Counted from the first letter of the stretch, positions 48,313 to 57,835 are shown. The stretch is 64,000 nucleotides of DNA from Oscillospiraceae bacterium (GCA_031266365.1 JAISBE010000012.1:445-64444); one strand, 5' to 3'. Numbers and translations: made by a program. The notes: generated from the letters alone by a model not told the origin.

Positions 48313-48930
48313 TTTGTTATCCCCTCCCTGCTTCTTACAGCAACTAATTTTATGCTACCTATCCCGGGTGTTTTGAATAATTAAAGAAAACTCTAGCGCC
48401 CTATTTCACAGGATATTCCCTGAAATAGGAAACGCTTTTTTAAGATTATTATGAAAATCCTAAATTAAAATTATAAATTTCCAGTATCTTCCATACTTTA
48501 TATACACAATTGCATATGCTCAAACTACATAATAATTTATAGTATAGCATAGGCCAAAAATAAATACAAGTGTTTTTCAAATTATTTTTTAACATAAAAA
48601 ATTAGATATTAATGATAAGCTTTACATTTTAAAAATTAAACACCAAAGAAAGCATTTTCGAAAAATAATTAAAATTTAATCATAATTTAAGGCGTAAAAT
48701 ACGGTCAAAATTATACAAAAATAAACAAAAAATCAATAATGTTATCTACTAAATTAATTTGAAAAAATTGTGTACTGTTAAATTTTATTGCTTATTTTTT
48801 GACCTTCTCTAACATGCTCGTTTTTTCGCAACAGCCAACATTTTTTAATATATTTGCCGCTTTTCTTCAGCTTTTAAATCGGCTTTTTATTTTCCTCTTT
48901 AATTTTTTCACCCATTCTTAATACTACATT

Positions 48931-49485
48931 TCAAAACTCCTTTTCCACAGCTTTATTTTGTTTGATTGAATTTCGCGGATCTATAATTCTCTGATTTTTA
49001 GATCCACAAAATTTCAAAATAAGGCTTTTCTCTTTCAAGATAAACGGCCCGTCTATTAATGTGTCTGTTTCCTCCAGCAAGGCCTTCCAATAAGGTTTGC
49101 TTTGGATCATCGTTAATATTTCCTCAACAGTATAGCCGGTATAGGTTACCACATCAAGCCCTATAAAATGAGCAAATTTAGCAAGCTCTACGAGAGGTTT
49201 TGGCTGTAAAAACGGTTCGCCTCCAGAAAAAGTGACCCCTTTTAATATGGGATTTTGCTTTATAGCAAATTTTAAATTGCCCAGACTTTCTTCATATCCA
49301 CCCAACGGATCATGTGTTTCCGGGTTATGGCAACCTTCACATCTATGAGGACAGCCTTGAACAAAAACAACAAATCTTATTCCAGGTCCATCCACTATGG
49401 ATTCTTTAATTGTGCCCGAAAGCCTTAATTTAATCTGTTTTTCATCTGCATTCACGTAAATAGAAGATAATTCCACATCTTGCAA
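48931..49485 (-). CDS. nrdG: anaerobic ribonucleoside-triphosphate reductase activating protein
   Basis: DGPGIRFVVFVQGCPHRCEGCHNPETHD, a radical-SAM CxxxCxxC in the NrdG context. Confidence 0.85.
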   Translation of the reverse strand: MQDVELSSIYVNADEKQIKLRLSGTIKESIVDGPGIRFVVFVQGCPHRCEGCHNPETHDPLGGYEESLGNLKFAIKQNPILKGVTFSGGEPFLQPKPLVELAKFAHFIGLDVVTYTGYTVEEILTMIQSKPYWKALLEETDTLIDGPFILKEKSLILKFCGSKNQRIIDPRNSIKQNKAVEKEF

Positions 49486-49609
49486 TTTTTAAAATCTCCT
49501 TAATTTTTATAATTAAGTTTGCATTTATACAACTTTTTAAGAAACAGTAAAATTTTGTTGCTTATAAACCAAGATTTAATCGTCACTTACATATTTAATA
49601 ACTTTATCC

Positions 49610-50302
49610 TTAATGGCGATATATAGCATATACAAAACGCGCAGCTGCAATAACAGGGCGAAACGCATTCTCGCACATATAATGATAAAGTTCATTAATC
49701 AAAAAACCCTCACCTCGGTCTCCATATCTACGTATATAATTGTAAACTACATCGTTAGGTATCTGCTCGAATTGGCGATGATCAATACAAAGCGCAACCC
49801 TAATATTTTCAACCTCAGCTTGCTCTTCTCTAGCAGCATTTCCAGCGTCTATCGCATCTTGATCTGCAGGGTATATAGGTAAATATAATTCACGTTCGAT
49901 ACTAGCAAAAGATACATCTTCCGTTAATAACTCAAATGCAAAATTAACGTAATGAGTACACGTAGCAGGAACTGCATCGTAATCATTTATATTATCAATT
50001 TCTGTAGTCTGATTATCATCTATTTTGTATAAAGAGCTAGAATCTCCTTCACCGAACTTAAACAACAAAACAGCATCTTTATCAAGCAAAAAACTGTCTT
50101 CACTCAGCTGAGAAAAAAACAAGACAAGCCCATCAAAACCTTGAGATTTATATGGCTCCCAATTGCTAACATTAAAATTCCCCCCTTTTATATCTATATT
50201 AATACATCCTTCAGCAAATACAATAGGTGATAAAGCAAACAAATTAACCAGTACTCCCAACGATGATAGGCAAAGCAATGATATTTTTTTAAATATTTTC
50301 AT
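49610..50302 (-). CDS. secreted hypothetical protein
   Basis: Signal peptide MKIFKKISLLCLSSLGVLVNLFALSPIVFA|EG. No recognisable domain. Confidence 0.5.
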   Translation of the reverse strand: MKIFKKISLLCLSSLGVLVNLFALSPIVFAEGCINIDIKGGNFNVSNWEPYKSQGFDGLVLFFSQLSEDSFLLDKDAVLLFKFGEGDSSSLYKIDDNQTTEIDNINDYDAVPATCTHYVNFAFELLTEDVSFASIERELYLPIYPADQDAIDAGNAAREEQAEVENIRVALCIDHRQFEQIPNDVVYNYIRRYGDRGEGFLINELYHYMCENAFRPVIAAARFVYAIYRH

Positions 50303-50420
50303 ATTAATCCTCCTTATTTAATATAAATAATATTGAATTAATACGATTATATTATAAAACGCCAAGAACGTCAATCTATTTTATGAATTATTTATAAATT
50401 TATATTACAAATATTCACAC

Positions 50421-51380
50421 TTAATAAAAATTCCCTAAAAAAGCCGCACCAATAATACCGGAATCATCTCCCAGCTCTGCTTTGCGTACTTCAGTTTGTT
50501 TTTTTGAATGCTTACTGTATCTATTTTCTTCCACATATTTCCTTATCGGGCCTAAAAGTGTTTCACCTTCTCTGCTAATACCACCTCCAACACAAAATAT
50601 TTCTGGCTGAAATAGGTTAATAGCGTTTACAATTCCACATGAAAGATATTCCAAATATTGATCTAAAGCCACTTTAGCCAATATATCTCCTTTTTTCATC
50701 GCTAAAAATGGCATACGTCCGCTAATTTTATTGTGATTATTCTCTATCATCTCCCACATACAGCTTTTTTTTTCTATATCTCTATCTAAATTCTCACGCA
50801 CAATTGCGACCAGCCCTCTACTAGACGCATAAACTTCCCAACAGCCTTTTCTTCCGCAAGCGCAAGGCAGCCCGTTGCTTATTATAACGGTATGCCCCAG
50901 CTCTCCTCCCGTGAAATTACAGCCACTATAAAGTTTATCATCAATAATAATTCCGCTACCTATACCTGTCCCCACCGTTATTGTAATTGAGGTTTTCGAG
51001 CCTTTAGTTGCCCCAGCGATATGTTCTCCATATGCTGCCGTATTTGCATCATTTTCTAAAAAGATTTGCTTAAAAAGTCTTTCTTTCATCATCTCTGCAA
51101 GGTTCCAATTATGAAAAAATAGGTTTGCCGAATATTCAACTATTCCTGTCTCTATATTAACCGATCCAGGGCAGCCTATGCCTATCCAAGGAATATCATC
51201 GAGTGTTGCGTTCACTAAACTTAAAGCTTGTTTTGTGAGCCTGGCCATATCATCGCAAATTTTTTCTTCTGCTCTAGGAATAGCAGTTTTACAGGTCAAT
51301 CTGGATATCACCGAAAAATCTTCATCGACAACTCCGACTGCAATATTAGTGGCACCCAAATCTATTCCCAAATATTTCAT
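50421..51380 (-). CDS. glcK: ROK family glucokinase
   Basis: MKYLGIDLGATNIAVGVVD. ROK zinc motif CACGRKGCWEVYAS. Confidence 0.85.
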   Translation of the reverse strand: MKYLGIDLGATNIAVGVVDEDFSVISRLTCKTAIPRAEEKICDDMARLTKQALSLVNATLDDIPWIGIGCPGSVNIETGIVEYSANLFFHNWNLAEMMKERLFKQIFLENDANTAAYGEHIAGATKGSKTSITITVGTGIGSGIIIDDKLYSGCNFTGGELGHTVIISNGLPCACGRKGCWEVYASSRGLVAIVRENLDRDIEKKSCMWEMIENNHNKISGRMPFLAMKKGDILAKVALDQYLEYLSCGIVNAINLFQPEIFCVGGGISREGETLLGPIRKYVEENRYSKHSKKQTEVRKAELGDDSGIIGAAFLGNFY

Positions 51381-51771
51381 TATCTAACAAGCTCCCTTTT
51401 CTCGATAAAGCAGGATATGATATTTTTTATTTCCAATTTTTTCCATAATCATAAAAACAATTTATTAAGCAATTACTGATAGCCTTGCTTGCCGCATTTC
51501 TTTTTTAACAAATGCTTTATATATTTATTGTAAATATTTTGATTTCATTGTCAAGCTTTTTAAGCTTAATATTCGCTTTATTCAGCATTATAACTGAAAA
51601 TTAATTTTTTTATAAAATAGCACTTAACATGCTTCTGTTGCAAAAAATTGTAAAAATTAGTCAAGTATTTTTAAATAGAATATTTTTCAAAATTGTCAAA
51701 TTAAGATAATTTTCGCCATAAAATCATGCTATGATTTAACAGTAGTACAGAGTAAAAGGAGTGTTTATATA

Positions 51772-51795
51772 ATGAATACCACGCCACGTAACTAA
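51772..51795 (+). CDS. microcin C-like heptapeptide precursor (MccA-like): MNTTPRN
   Basis: ATG AAT ACC ACG CCA CGT AAC TAA. AAAGGAG RBS ends about 10 nt upstream. C-terminal Asn as in E. coli MccA (MRTGNAN). Lies directly upstream of the MccB-like gene. Confidence 0.7.
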   Translation: MNTTPRN

Positions 51796-51804
51796 AATTT
51801 CAAA

Positions 51805-51832
51805 GCTTCCTGACTATTATATGTCAGGAAGC
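51805..51832 (+). terminator. stem-loop between the heptapeptide ORF and the adenylyltransferase gene (attenuating terminator or stabiliser candidate)
   Basis: GCTTCCTGAC-TATTATAT-GTCAGGAAGC, a perfect 10-bp stem 9 nt after the stop codon. No clear T-tract follows. Confidence 0.55.
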
Positions 51833-51894
51833 CACTTGTAGTTAAATCTCAAAAAAATATTAGGCAATAAGAAAACAAACAGGAGGGCAAATCT

Positions 51895-52962
51895 TTGAGC
51901 ACAAATAAATACATTTTAGCCCCATATGTTGGGGTTGGCATGGATGAAAAAGCGATGTATATGGGATTTGGTTCACTTCAAAAGCTAGTTATTAATAAAA
52001 CAGAACAAACCTTGATTTTGTCGGCTGCTCAAAATTGGTTAGTCCCTAAAACAGAAGATGAAATGATTGAATTTCTGCAAAAAGAAAAATATTTCTCTAA
52101 AGATGATGCTCAAAAGGCAGTAAATTATTTAAAACAAGGCAACTATTTGATGAAAGCTTCCTATGATAAAAATGATCGATATAGCCGACCTGCATTATAT
52201 TATTCTCTATCCGGTGCTGATCCCGATTTAGTTCAGGAAAAATTATCAAATAAACACGTTTTAATTATCGGTTGTGGAGGGATAGGAAACCACATCTCGA
52301 GTGCTCTCGCCACAGCTGGCATAGGAAAATTAACTCTTATCGACTTTGATACTATAGAAATATCCAATTTAACAAGGCAAACCTTATTTACTGAAAAAGA
52401 CGAAGGGAAATCAAAAATAGAAATTTTAAAGCGCGAACTTTTAAAAAGAAATTCCACAATTCAAATCGATATAATTCAAAAAGAATCCGGGCAAAAAGAT
52501 GATATTTTTCCAAAATGCGATTTGGCTGTAGTCTCTGCAGATGGAAATTCAGTTGTTAGCAAATTCAACAGTTATGCTGTAAAAAATAATATACCATACA
52601 TAAACGTTGGATACATTGAAGATATTGCTATTTGGGGACCTTTTGTTATTCCCGGAAAAACTGGCTGTATTGCATGCGCCAAACTCGCTTCAAATACTCC
52701 ATTTGAAATTACATCTGACGAAGACAAAAAGAAATGGGAAATTATAGGAAAAATCAATGAAAGATATCAAGCACCATCTATCTGGGCAACCAACACTTTA
52801 GCCTCTTCTTTAGCCGTGCTGGATATCATACGCTACTTGGGAGAATTCGGTGAAATAATGTCAATCAATCGCAGAATGGGTTTATGGACGCATAATTTAA
52901 AACTGGATTTCCAAGAATGCCCGCCAAACAAGGCTTGTTCTGTCTGCGGCGGGGGTGTATAA
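51895..52962 (+). CDS. MccB-like ThiF/E1-family peptide adenylyltransferase
   Basis: 355 aa with a roughly 110-aa N-terminal extra domain. Rossmann motif HVLIIGCGGIGNHISSALATAGIGKLTLIDFDTIEISNLTRQTLF. YINVGYIEDIAIWGPFVIPGKTGCIAC and terminal CSVCGG. Closely parallels E. coli MccB as I recall it. TTG start after AGGAGGG. Confidence 0.8.
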   Translation: MSTNKYILAPYVGVGMDEKAMYMGFGSLQKLVINKTEQTLILSAAQNWLVPKTEDEMIEFLQKEKYFSKDDAQKAVNYLKQGNYLMKASYDKNDRYSRPALYYSLSGADPDLVQEKLSNKHVLIIGCGGIGNHISSALATAGIGKLTLIDFDTIEISNLTRQTLFTEKDEGKSKIEILKRELLKRNSTIQIDIIQKESGQKDDIFPKCDLAVVSADGNSVVSKFNSYAVKNNIPYINVGYIEDIAIWGPFVIPGKTGCIACAKLASNTPFEITSDEDKKKWEIIGKINERYQAPSIWATNTLASSLAVLDIIRYLGEFGEIMSINRRMGLWTHNLKLDFQECPPNKACSVCGGGV

Positions 52963-52982
52963 TTAAAAAGGAGGGTTTAAAA

Positions 52983-53630
52983 ATGGATTTATTAAATTTA
53001 GACAAACTTTCAACTGAAGCTAAAATGCTTGATATAACACCGGACCAAACAAGTCTAGGACTGCCAACTGAAGATTTTGCTAAAACTTCGTCTGTTGTCA
53101 CCGGCAGACTAAAATTATTTTCGATAAATTCACCTATAGATGAATCTGTGCGCGACAAAATTTCAAAATTTCGAAATGAATTCACCTCACAGGGCGATAA
53201 CTTAGATGGCTCGGCTGGTTTAGGAGAAGCAGCTTCTCTAGATGAGTGGTTTGCACAAATTCAAGATAATTCCTCGATAGAAACAGTTCGGGAAAATATG
53301 GTTCCCGCCTCCACATATTTGGCTTTAGATCAACACGATCATATAGTCGGCATAGCAGATATTCGCCACAGCTTAAATGATTACCTATTAGCAGCTGGTG
53401 GCCATATTGGCTATAGTGTTAGGCCAAGTCAGCGCAGGCAGGGATACGGAAAGGAAATTTTGTTTTTAGCCTTGTTAAAATGCAGAGAATTAGGAATAAA
53501 TAGGGTTTTACTTTCCTGCGATAGCGAAAACATAGCCAGCGAAAAAATAATACTTGCAAACGGTGGACAATTAGAAAATTGTGTGATTTTTGGTGATAAG
53601 GTTAAAAAGCGCTACTGGATTGAGTTATGA
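52983..53630 (+). CDS. GNAT family N-acetyltransferase (candidate MccE-like self-immunity)
   Basis: AAGGAGGG RBS plus ATG at 52983. GNAT core ...IGYSVRPSQRRQGYGKEILFLALLKCRELGINRVLLSCDSEN. Confidence 0.7.
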   Translation: MDLLNLDKLSTEAKMLDITPDQTSLGLPTEDFAKTSSVVTGRLKLFSINSPIDESVRDKISKFRNEFTSQGDNLDGSAGLGEAASLDEWFAQIQDNSSIETVRENMVPASTYLALDQHDHIVGIADIRHSLNDYLLAAGGHIGYSVRPSQRRQGYGKEILFLALLKCRELGINRVLLSCDSENIASEKIILANGGQLENCVIFGDKVKKRYWIEL

Positions 53631-54445
53631 AACCTGTATTTTTGACCGCAAAAGCTGTCACTTTAAAGAACAGAATAATAACAAACCGCGCATATCCTTT
53701 ATCTTCCTTCACAGAGAGGGTGGTAGGGTCTATATTTTCTATCATCTTCCCTGTATTTATATACTATTTTATATTCAATTGCCATATTTCTGAAAGCTTT
53801 ACAAAGCACGCCAACACGATGGATTATCTCACATATATCGTGCTAGGTCAAAGTGTGAATATAATTGCCGTTTCAACCTTGATGAGCGTTGGACGTTGCA
53901 TGATAACCGAGATTCGCGAAGGGACCTTAGATAATTTTCTGCTTTCTCCAGCTTCACGCATAGGCTATTTTTTAGGCAGCTATGTGGAGCAATTTTTAAG
54001 ATCTATGCTCGAATTCAGCTTGGTGTTGCTTGTGGGTATTACGCTTGGAGCTCGTATTCCAGCAGAAAAAGTTCCAATTATAGCGTTATTTATAATTTTT
54101 ATGTCGCTGGTATGCTTTTGCATGGCTATCCTAATTTCCACAATCATGGTTTTCACTAAAGATACTTATATTACCCAAAATACTTTCTTCTTATTGATCG
54201 ATTTTATCTGCGGGGTTCTTTTCCCGGTTGAATGTTTACCACATTGGCTACAGTATATATCTCAATTAATGCCGCTCACCTCTGCGCTAAAAGCTTTTCG
54301 CAATTGCATTTTAGGCAACCAGTCACTGCAAGATAATTGGATATTATTAGCCTATTCCAGCATTATTAGTATAGTTTTTTTAGCGATTGGTTACTGCTAT
54401 TTTAGAAAATTTGAAAAAAAATTGATAGAAAACATATATGTGTAA
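53627..54445 (+). CDS. ABC-2 type transporter permease
   Basis: 272-aa, roughly 6-TM ORF. Its start overlaps the GNAT stop by 4 nt. Confidence 0.7.
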   Translation: MKPVFLTAKAVTLKNRIITNRAYPLSSFTERVVGSIFSIIFPVFIYYFIFNCHISESFTKHANTMDYLTYIVLGQSVNIIAVSTLMSVGRCMITEIREGTLDNFLLSPASRIGYFLGSYVEQFLRSMLEFSLVLLVGITLGARIPAEKVPIIALFIIFMSLVCFCMAILISTIMVFTKDTYITQNTFFLLIDFICGVLFPVECLPHWLQYISQLMPLTSALKAFRNCILGNQSLQDNWILLAYSSIISIVFLAIGYCYFRKFEKKLIENIYV

Positions 54446-54459
54446 AATTAGGTGAGTTT

Positions 54460-55437
54460 ATGATTCAGGCTAAAAATTTGAATAAAATATATAAGATAAA
54501 AATGAAAAAGCACATCTGGAATCGCAGCGAAATTCAATACAAAGAAGCGGTACATGATATCAGCATGGACATAGAAAAAGGGAAAATAGTGGGATTACTT
54601 GGCGTTAATGGAGCCGGAAAAACCACAACCATCAAGATGCTATCAACCATGATATCTCCGTCTTCTGGGACTATTCATGTTGATGATATCGATGCTGTGA
54701 AATTTCCTTTTCATGCCAAAAAAATAATAAACCTCATAACAGGTGGAGAAAGGAATATTTATTGGAGATTATCCGCTCGAGAAAATTTGGAATATTTCGG
54801 AAGCTTATATGGTTTGACAAAAACTGAATTAAAAAAACGGATAGATTACTGCTTATCGATAGTTAATCTCACCAAAAATGCAGATATTCCTGTGGAAAAA
54901 TATTCCAAAGGCATGAAGCAGAGATTGCAAATTGCACGCGGCTTGATTAATAATCCCAGCTATATATTTTTGGATGAACCCACTTTAGGAATAGATATAT
55001 TGATGGCAAAAGAGTTGAGGGAATACATAAAGAGAATAACTGTGGAGGAAAATAAAGGCGTGCTCCTAACCACCCATTATATCGCGGAAGCAGATGAACT
55101 ATGCAACTATATTTATGTTATAAATAATGGGAAAATAGTCTCAGAGGGCACAGCAAATGATTTAAAAAAGCTATATACTTCAAATTACTGCCTGAACTTT
55201 ATTTTTGATTGCTACAACAAAAGCTTATTTGACGATATCGCCAAGCTTGAAAATATCATCAAAATCGAGCTAAATCCGGAATTACATTCAATAAAATTGA
55301 TCTCTAAAGAAAATTTAATAAAAAAAATCATACAGCTTTCTTCAAATTACAAATGCAACATAAACCAAATCAAAACTGAGGACAGCTTAGAGGCTTCATT
55401 GATGCAAATTTTGAAAGTTGGGAATAGCCATGCGTAA
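54460..55437 (+). CDS. ABC transporter ATP-binding protein (DrrA-like exporter ATPase)
   Basis: Walker A GVNGAGKTTT, signature YSKGMKQR, Walker B IFLDEPT. Confidence 0.85.
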   Translation: MIQAKNLNKIYKIKMKKHIWNRSEIQYKEAVHDISMDIEKGKIVGLLGVNGAGKTTTIKMLSTMISPSSGTIHVDDIDAVKFPFHAKKIINLITGGERNIYWRLSARENLEYFGSLYGLTKTELKKRIDYCLSIVNLTKNADIPVEKYSKGMKQRLQIARGLINNPSYIFLDEPTLGIDILMAKELREYIKRITVEENKGVLLTTHYIAEADELCNYIYVINNGKIVSEGTANDLKKLYTSNYCLNFIFDCYNKSLFDDIAKLENIIKIELNPELHSIKLISKENLIKKIIQLSSNYKCNINQIKTEDSLEASLMQILKVGNSHA

Positions 55438-56227
55438 TTGTTTAATAATATGCTCAGCAGAAGTAAAAAAAGCGCACAGAAACTATTTTAAATCAATTTC
55501 GAATTACTTTTCCCTGCTATTGTGGCCTATACTTTCATTCTTCACCACATATTACACTTATTCCTCTTTTGATAATTATTTTGACCCTGACTTAGCCAAT
55601 AAAACAAATTTTTTTACTTTTCTCATCTTGGGCTGTTTGGGCCACAACTGTTTTTGGGCTATGGTCCAGGGGGGCGTAATGCAAATCAGAGAAGAACGCA
55701 GAAATGGCGCATTAGAAATAATATATTTTTCACCAGCAAACCGATTAGCTTTACTTTACGGCAGAGCTTTAGGTGATTTCATTCAAAACACATGGATGTT
55801 TTTCATTTTTTCGTCAATAATAGTAATGTTGATATCCAAATTTACTTATATCATTTTGTTTAAAATTATTGGCAGTTTTATGGTATTATTACTCACTTCC
55901 ACCATCTGGGGAGGGCTAATTAATTCAATTTGCATCGCCACAAGAGACGCCGGCTTTCTATTCACTATAGGCGAACCCATGAACTTTTTTTCCGCAGTTA
56001 AATTTCCGCTAAAAAACTTACCATTCTGGGCAAGAGCAATTTCGCCGATCTTTCCCTCCACATATTGCATATATATAATTAGAGCGATTTTTATGGGAAA
56101 TAGCGTCAATACTATTAAAATCTTGGAGCTATTAACTTGCCTCTCAATTATAGTGGCAATCACTTATATACTCACTAAAATAACTGAAATTCACAATAGG
56201 AAAACGGGCAATTTACAATTTTATTAA
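55430..56227 (+). CDS. ABC-2 type transporter permease (second)
   Basis: The ATG at 55430 overlaps the ATPase stop (ATGCGTAA). Multi-TM ORF. Confidence 0.7.
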   Translation: MRNCLIICSAEVKKAHRNYFKSISNYFSLLLWPILSFFTTYYTYSSFDNYFDPDLANKTNFFTFLILGCLGHNCFWAMVQGGVMQIREERRNGALEIIYFSPANRLALLYGRALGDFIQNTWMFFIFSSIIVMLISKFTYIILFKIIGSFMVLLLTSTIWGGLINSICIATRDAGFLFTIGEPMNFFSAVKFPLKNLPFWARAISPIFPSTYCIYIIRAIFMGNSVNTIKILELLTCLSIIVAITYILTKITEIHNRKTGNLQFY

Positions 56228-56261
56228 GATCCAATCTCAAAATATTATAAAGACAATTCAC

Positions 56262-56287
56262 AAGCCTTCTGCCAACCCAGAAGGCTT
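56262..56287 (+). terminator. intrinsic terminator after the exporter operon
   Basis: AAGCCTTCTG-CCAACC-CAGAAGGCTT (10-bp stem) followed by a T-rich run TAATTTATGTTCTTT. Confidence 0.7.
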
Positions 56288-56301
56288 TAATTTATGTTCT
56301 T

Positions 56302-56377
56302 TGGCGCCTCGTGTAGGGCTCGAACCTACGACACTGCGGTTAACAGCCGCATGCTCTGCCAACTGAGCTAACGAGGC
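56302..56377 (-). tRNA. tRNA-Asn (GTT)
   Basis: Hand-folded cloverleaf. Acceptor GCCTCGT/ACGAGGC, D arm GCTC..GAGC, anticodon arm TGCGG-CTGTTAA-CCGCA, T arm GTAGG-TTCGAGC-CCTAC, encoded CCA. Confidence 0.9.
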
Positions 56378-56614
56378 TAATATTAAAATTTATGATATAC
56401 TGTTATTTTCTTTTAACTTTAAAAAAAATCCAGTTTTCTAAGAAAATATCAATATCTAACTTTCTTATTATACTATATATTAAATTAAAATACAATATTC
56501 AAATCAAAAAAAGTGCTACCTAAAGCGCTTTTTTAAGGCATGGAAATAGCTAAACTTTAATTTCACTCACACTTAACAAGACATTCACCAAAGCTGCAAT
56601 ATTAGCCAACTAGA

Positions 56615-57835
56615 TTATGTTTTTTCTAAATTTACGTTCCGCGATATGGATAAAATTATCCCCATTTGAGCGAGCAGCATCACTAAAGCTGTGCCTCCAT
56701 AGCTGAAAAACGGCAAACTTATTCCTGTATTTGGGATGGTATTCGTCACAACAAAGATGTTTAAAATGACCTGCAAAGCCATTTGAGCGGTTAGGCCAAT
56801 ACCTAAAAGTGCACCAAATTTGTCTTTTGCGCGCATGGAAATGACTATTCCACGCCAAACCAGCATAGAGAAAATTAAAAGTATTATAAATGCTCCCAAA
56901 AAGCCCAATTCTTCACACACTACCGCAAAAATAAAATCGTTATGAGGGTCAGGGATAAATAGATGTTTTTGCCTAGATTGGCCAAGGCCGAGCCCCCAAA
57001 AACCCCCTGAACCTATTGCATAAAGGCCCTGTTTAGTTTGCCAATTATTAACATTAGGGTTAAACGGATCCAGCCAATTTATCACTCTGGCACTTGCATA
57101 AGATAATTTATTTGAAAGAATTAAATATCCCACAGCGGCCAATGCAACAATCAAAACAACGCCAAACCACCGCAATTTCACCCCGCCGATATATAACATA
57201 CCTCCAGCTAAAAGTACCACTATAATTATACACGAAATATGCGGTTCAAGGTAAAGTAAAAAAGCAGTAATAGCTAAAATAGCCGCATATGGAATGACAC
57301 CGTATTTAAATTTATTCATCCTCTTAAAATTAATTGAAATAAAGTGAGCAAATGAAAGCACAATAGCAAATTTGCTCACCTCTGATGCCTGAAAGCTCAC
57401 AGGACCAAGTGAAATCCAACGATGTACACCATTTCTAACGGGCATGCAAAGAACTAAAGCCAACAAAATTGTTGATATGCACAAAATTGGGACTGCTAAT
57501 TTGTGAAAGTGATGATAATCTAGATAAGACATAAAAAAAAGAGTAACAACCCCCAAAATAGCCCATATTGCCTGACTTTTTATGAAATAGTAGCTATTAC
57601 CTTTGTGAAAGTGATAGGCGTTTGGATGAGAGGCGGAAAATAACATAATAAGGCCTAAAATCAACAAAAGTAGTGTTAAAAGCAAAAATGGCATATCTAC
57701 CTTTGAGTTAATTAAGAATAATTTAAATCTCTTTTTTCTTTTTTCCAATAATTGCCTCGTTTCACTTATCGCAGTATTTTTACCCACCGCCACTGATTCT
57801 CTATAAGCCTTTTCTAAAATACGGTTTGGTCGCAA
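56615..57835 (-). CDS. ftsW: FtsW/RodA/SpoVE family peptidoglycan polymerase
   Basis: 406-aa polytopic ORF downstream of mraY. TTG start 5 nt after GGAGGGGAG. Confidence 0.85.
   Translation of the reverse strand: MRPNRILEKAYRESVAVGKNTAISETRQLLEKRKKRFKLFLINSKVDMPFLLLTLLLLILGLIMLFSASHPNAYHFHKGNSYYFIKSQAIWAILGVVTLFFMSYLDYHHFHKLAVPILCISTILLALVLCMPVRNGVHRWISLGPVSFQASEVSKFAIVLSFAHFISINFKRMNKFKYGVIPYAAILAITAFLLYLEPHISCIIIVVLLAGGMLYIGGVKLRWFGVVLIVALAAVGYLILSNKLSYASARVINWLDPFNPNVNNWQTKQGLYAIGSGGFWGLGLGQSRQKHLFIPDPHNDFIFAVVCEELGFLGAFIILLIFSMLVWRGIVISMRAKDKFGALLGIGLTAQMALQVILNIFVVTNTIPNTGISLPFFSYGGTALVMLLAQMGIILSISRNVNLEKT

Noticed and set aside
51895-52962. The ThiF/E1-like enzyme as the activating enzyme for the ubiquitin-like proteins at 30-31.5 kb.
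   Set aside because: It lies 20 kb away on the other strand. It is preceded by an Asn-terminated heptapeptide ORF and followed by a GNAT plus exporter. It resembles MccB along its full length, including the N-terminal peptide-binding domain. No E2 or DUB (JAB) genes are present.
56302-56377. A functional link between tRNA-Asn and the Asn-terminated MccA-like peptide.
   Set aside because: In the established McC mechanism the target is AspRS, and the peptide is ribosomally made using any tRNA-Asn. Adjacency is more simply explained by tRNA genes acting as island insertion sites, or by chance.
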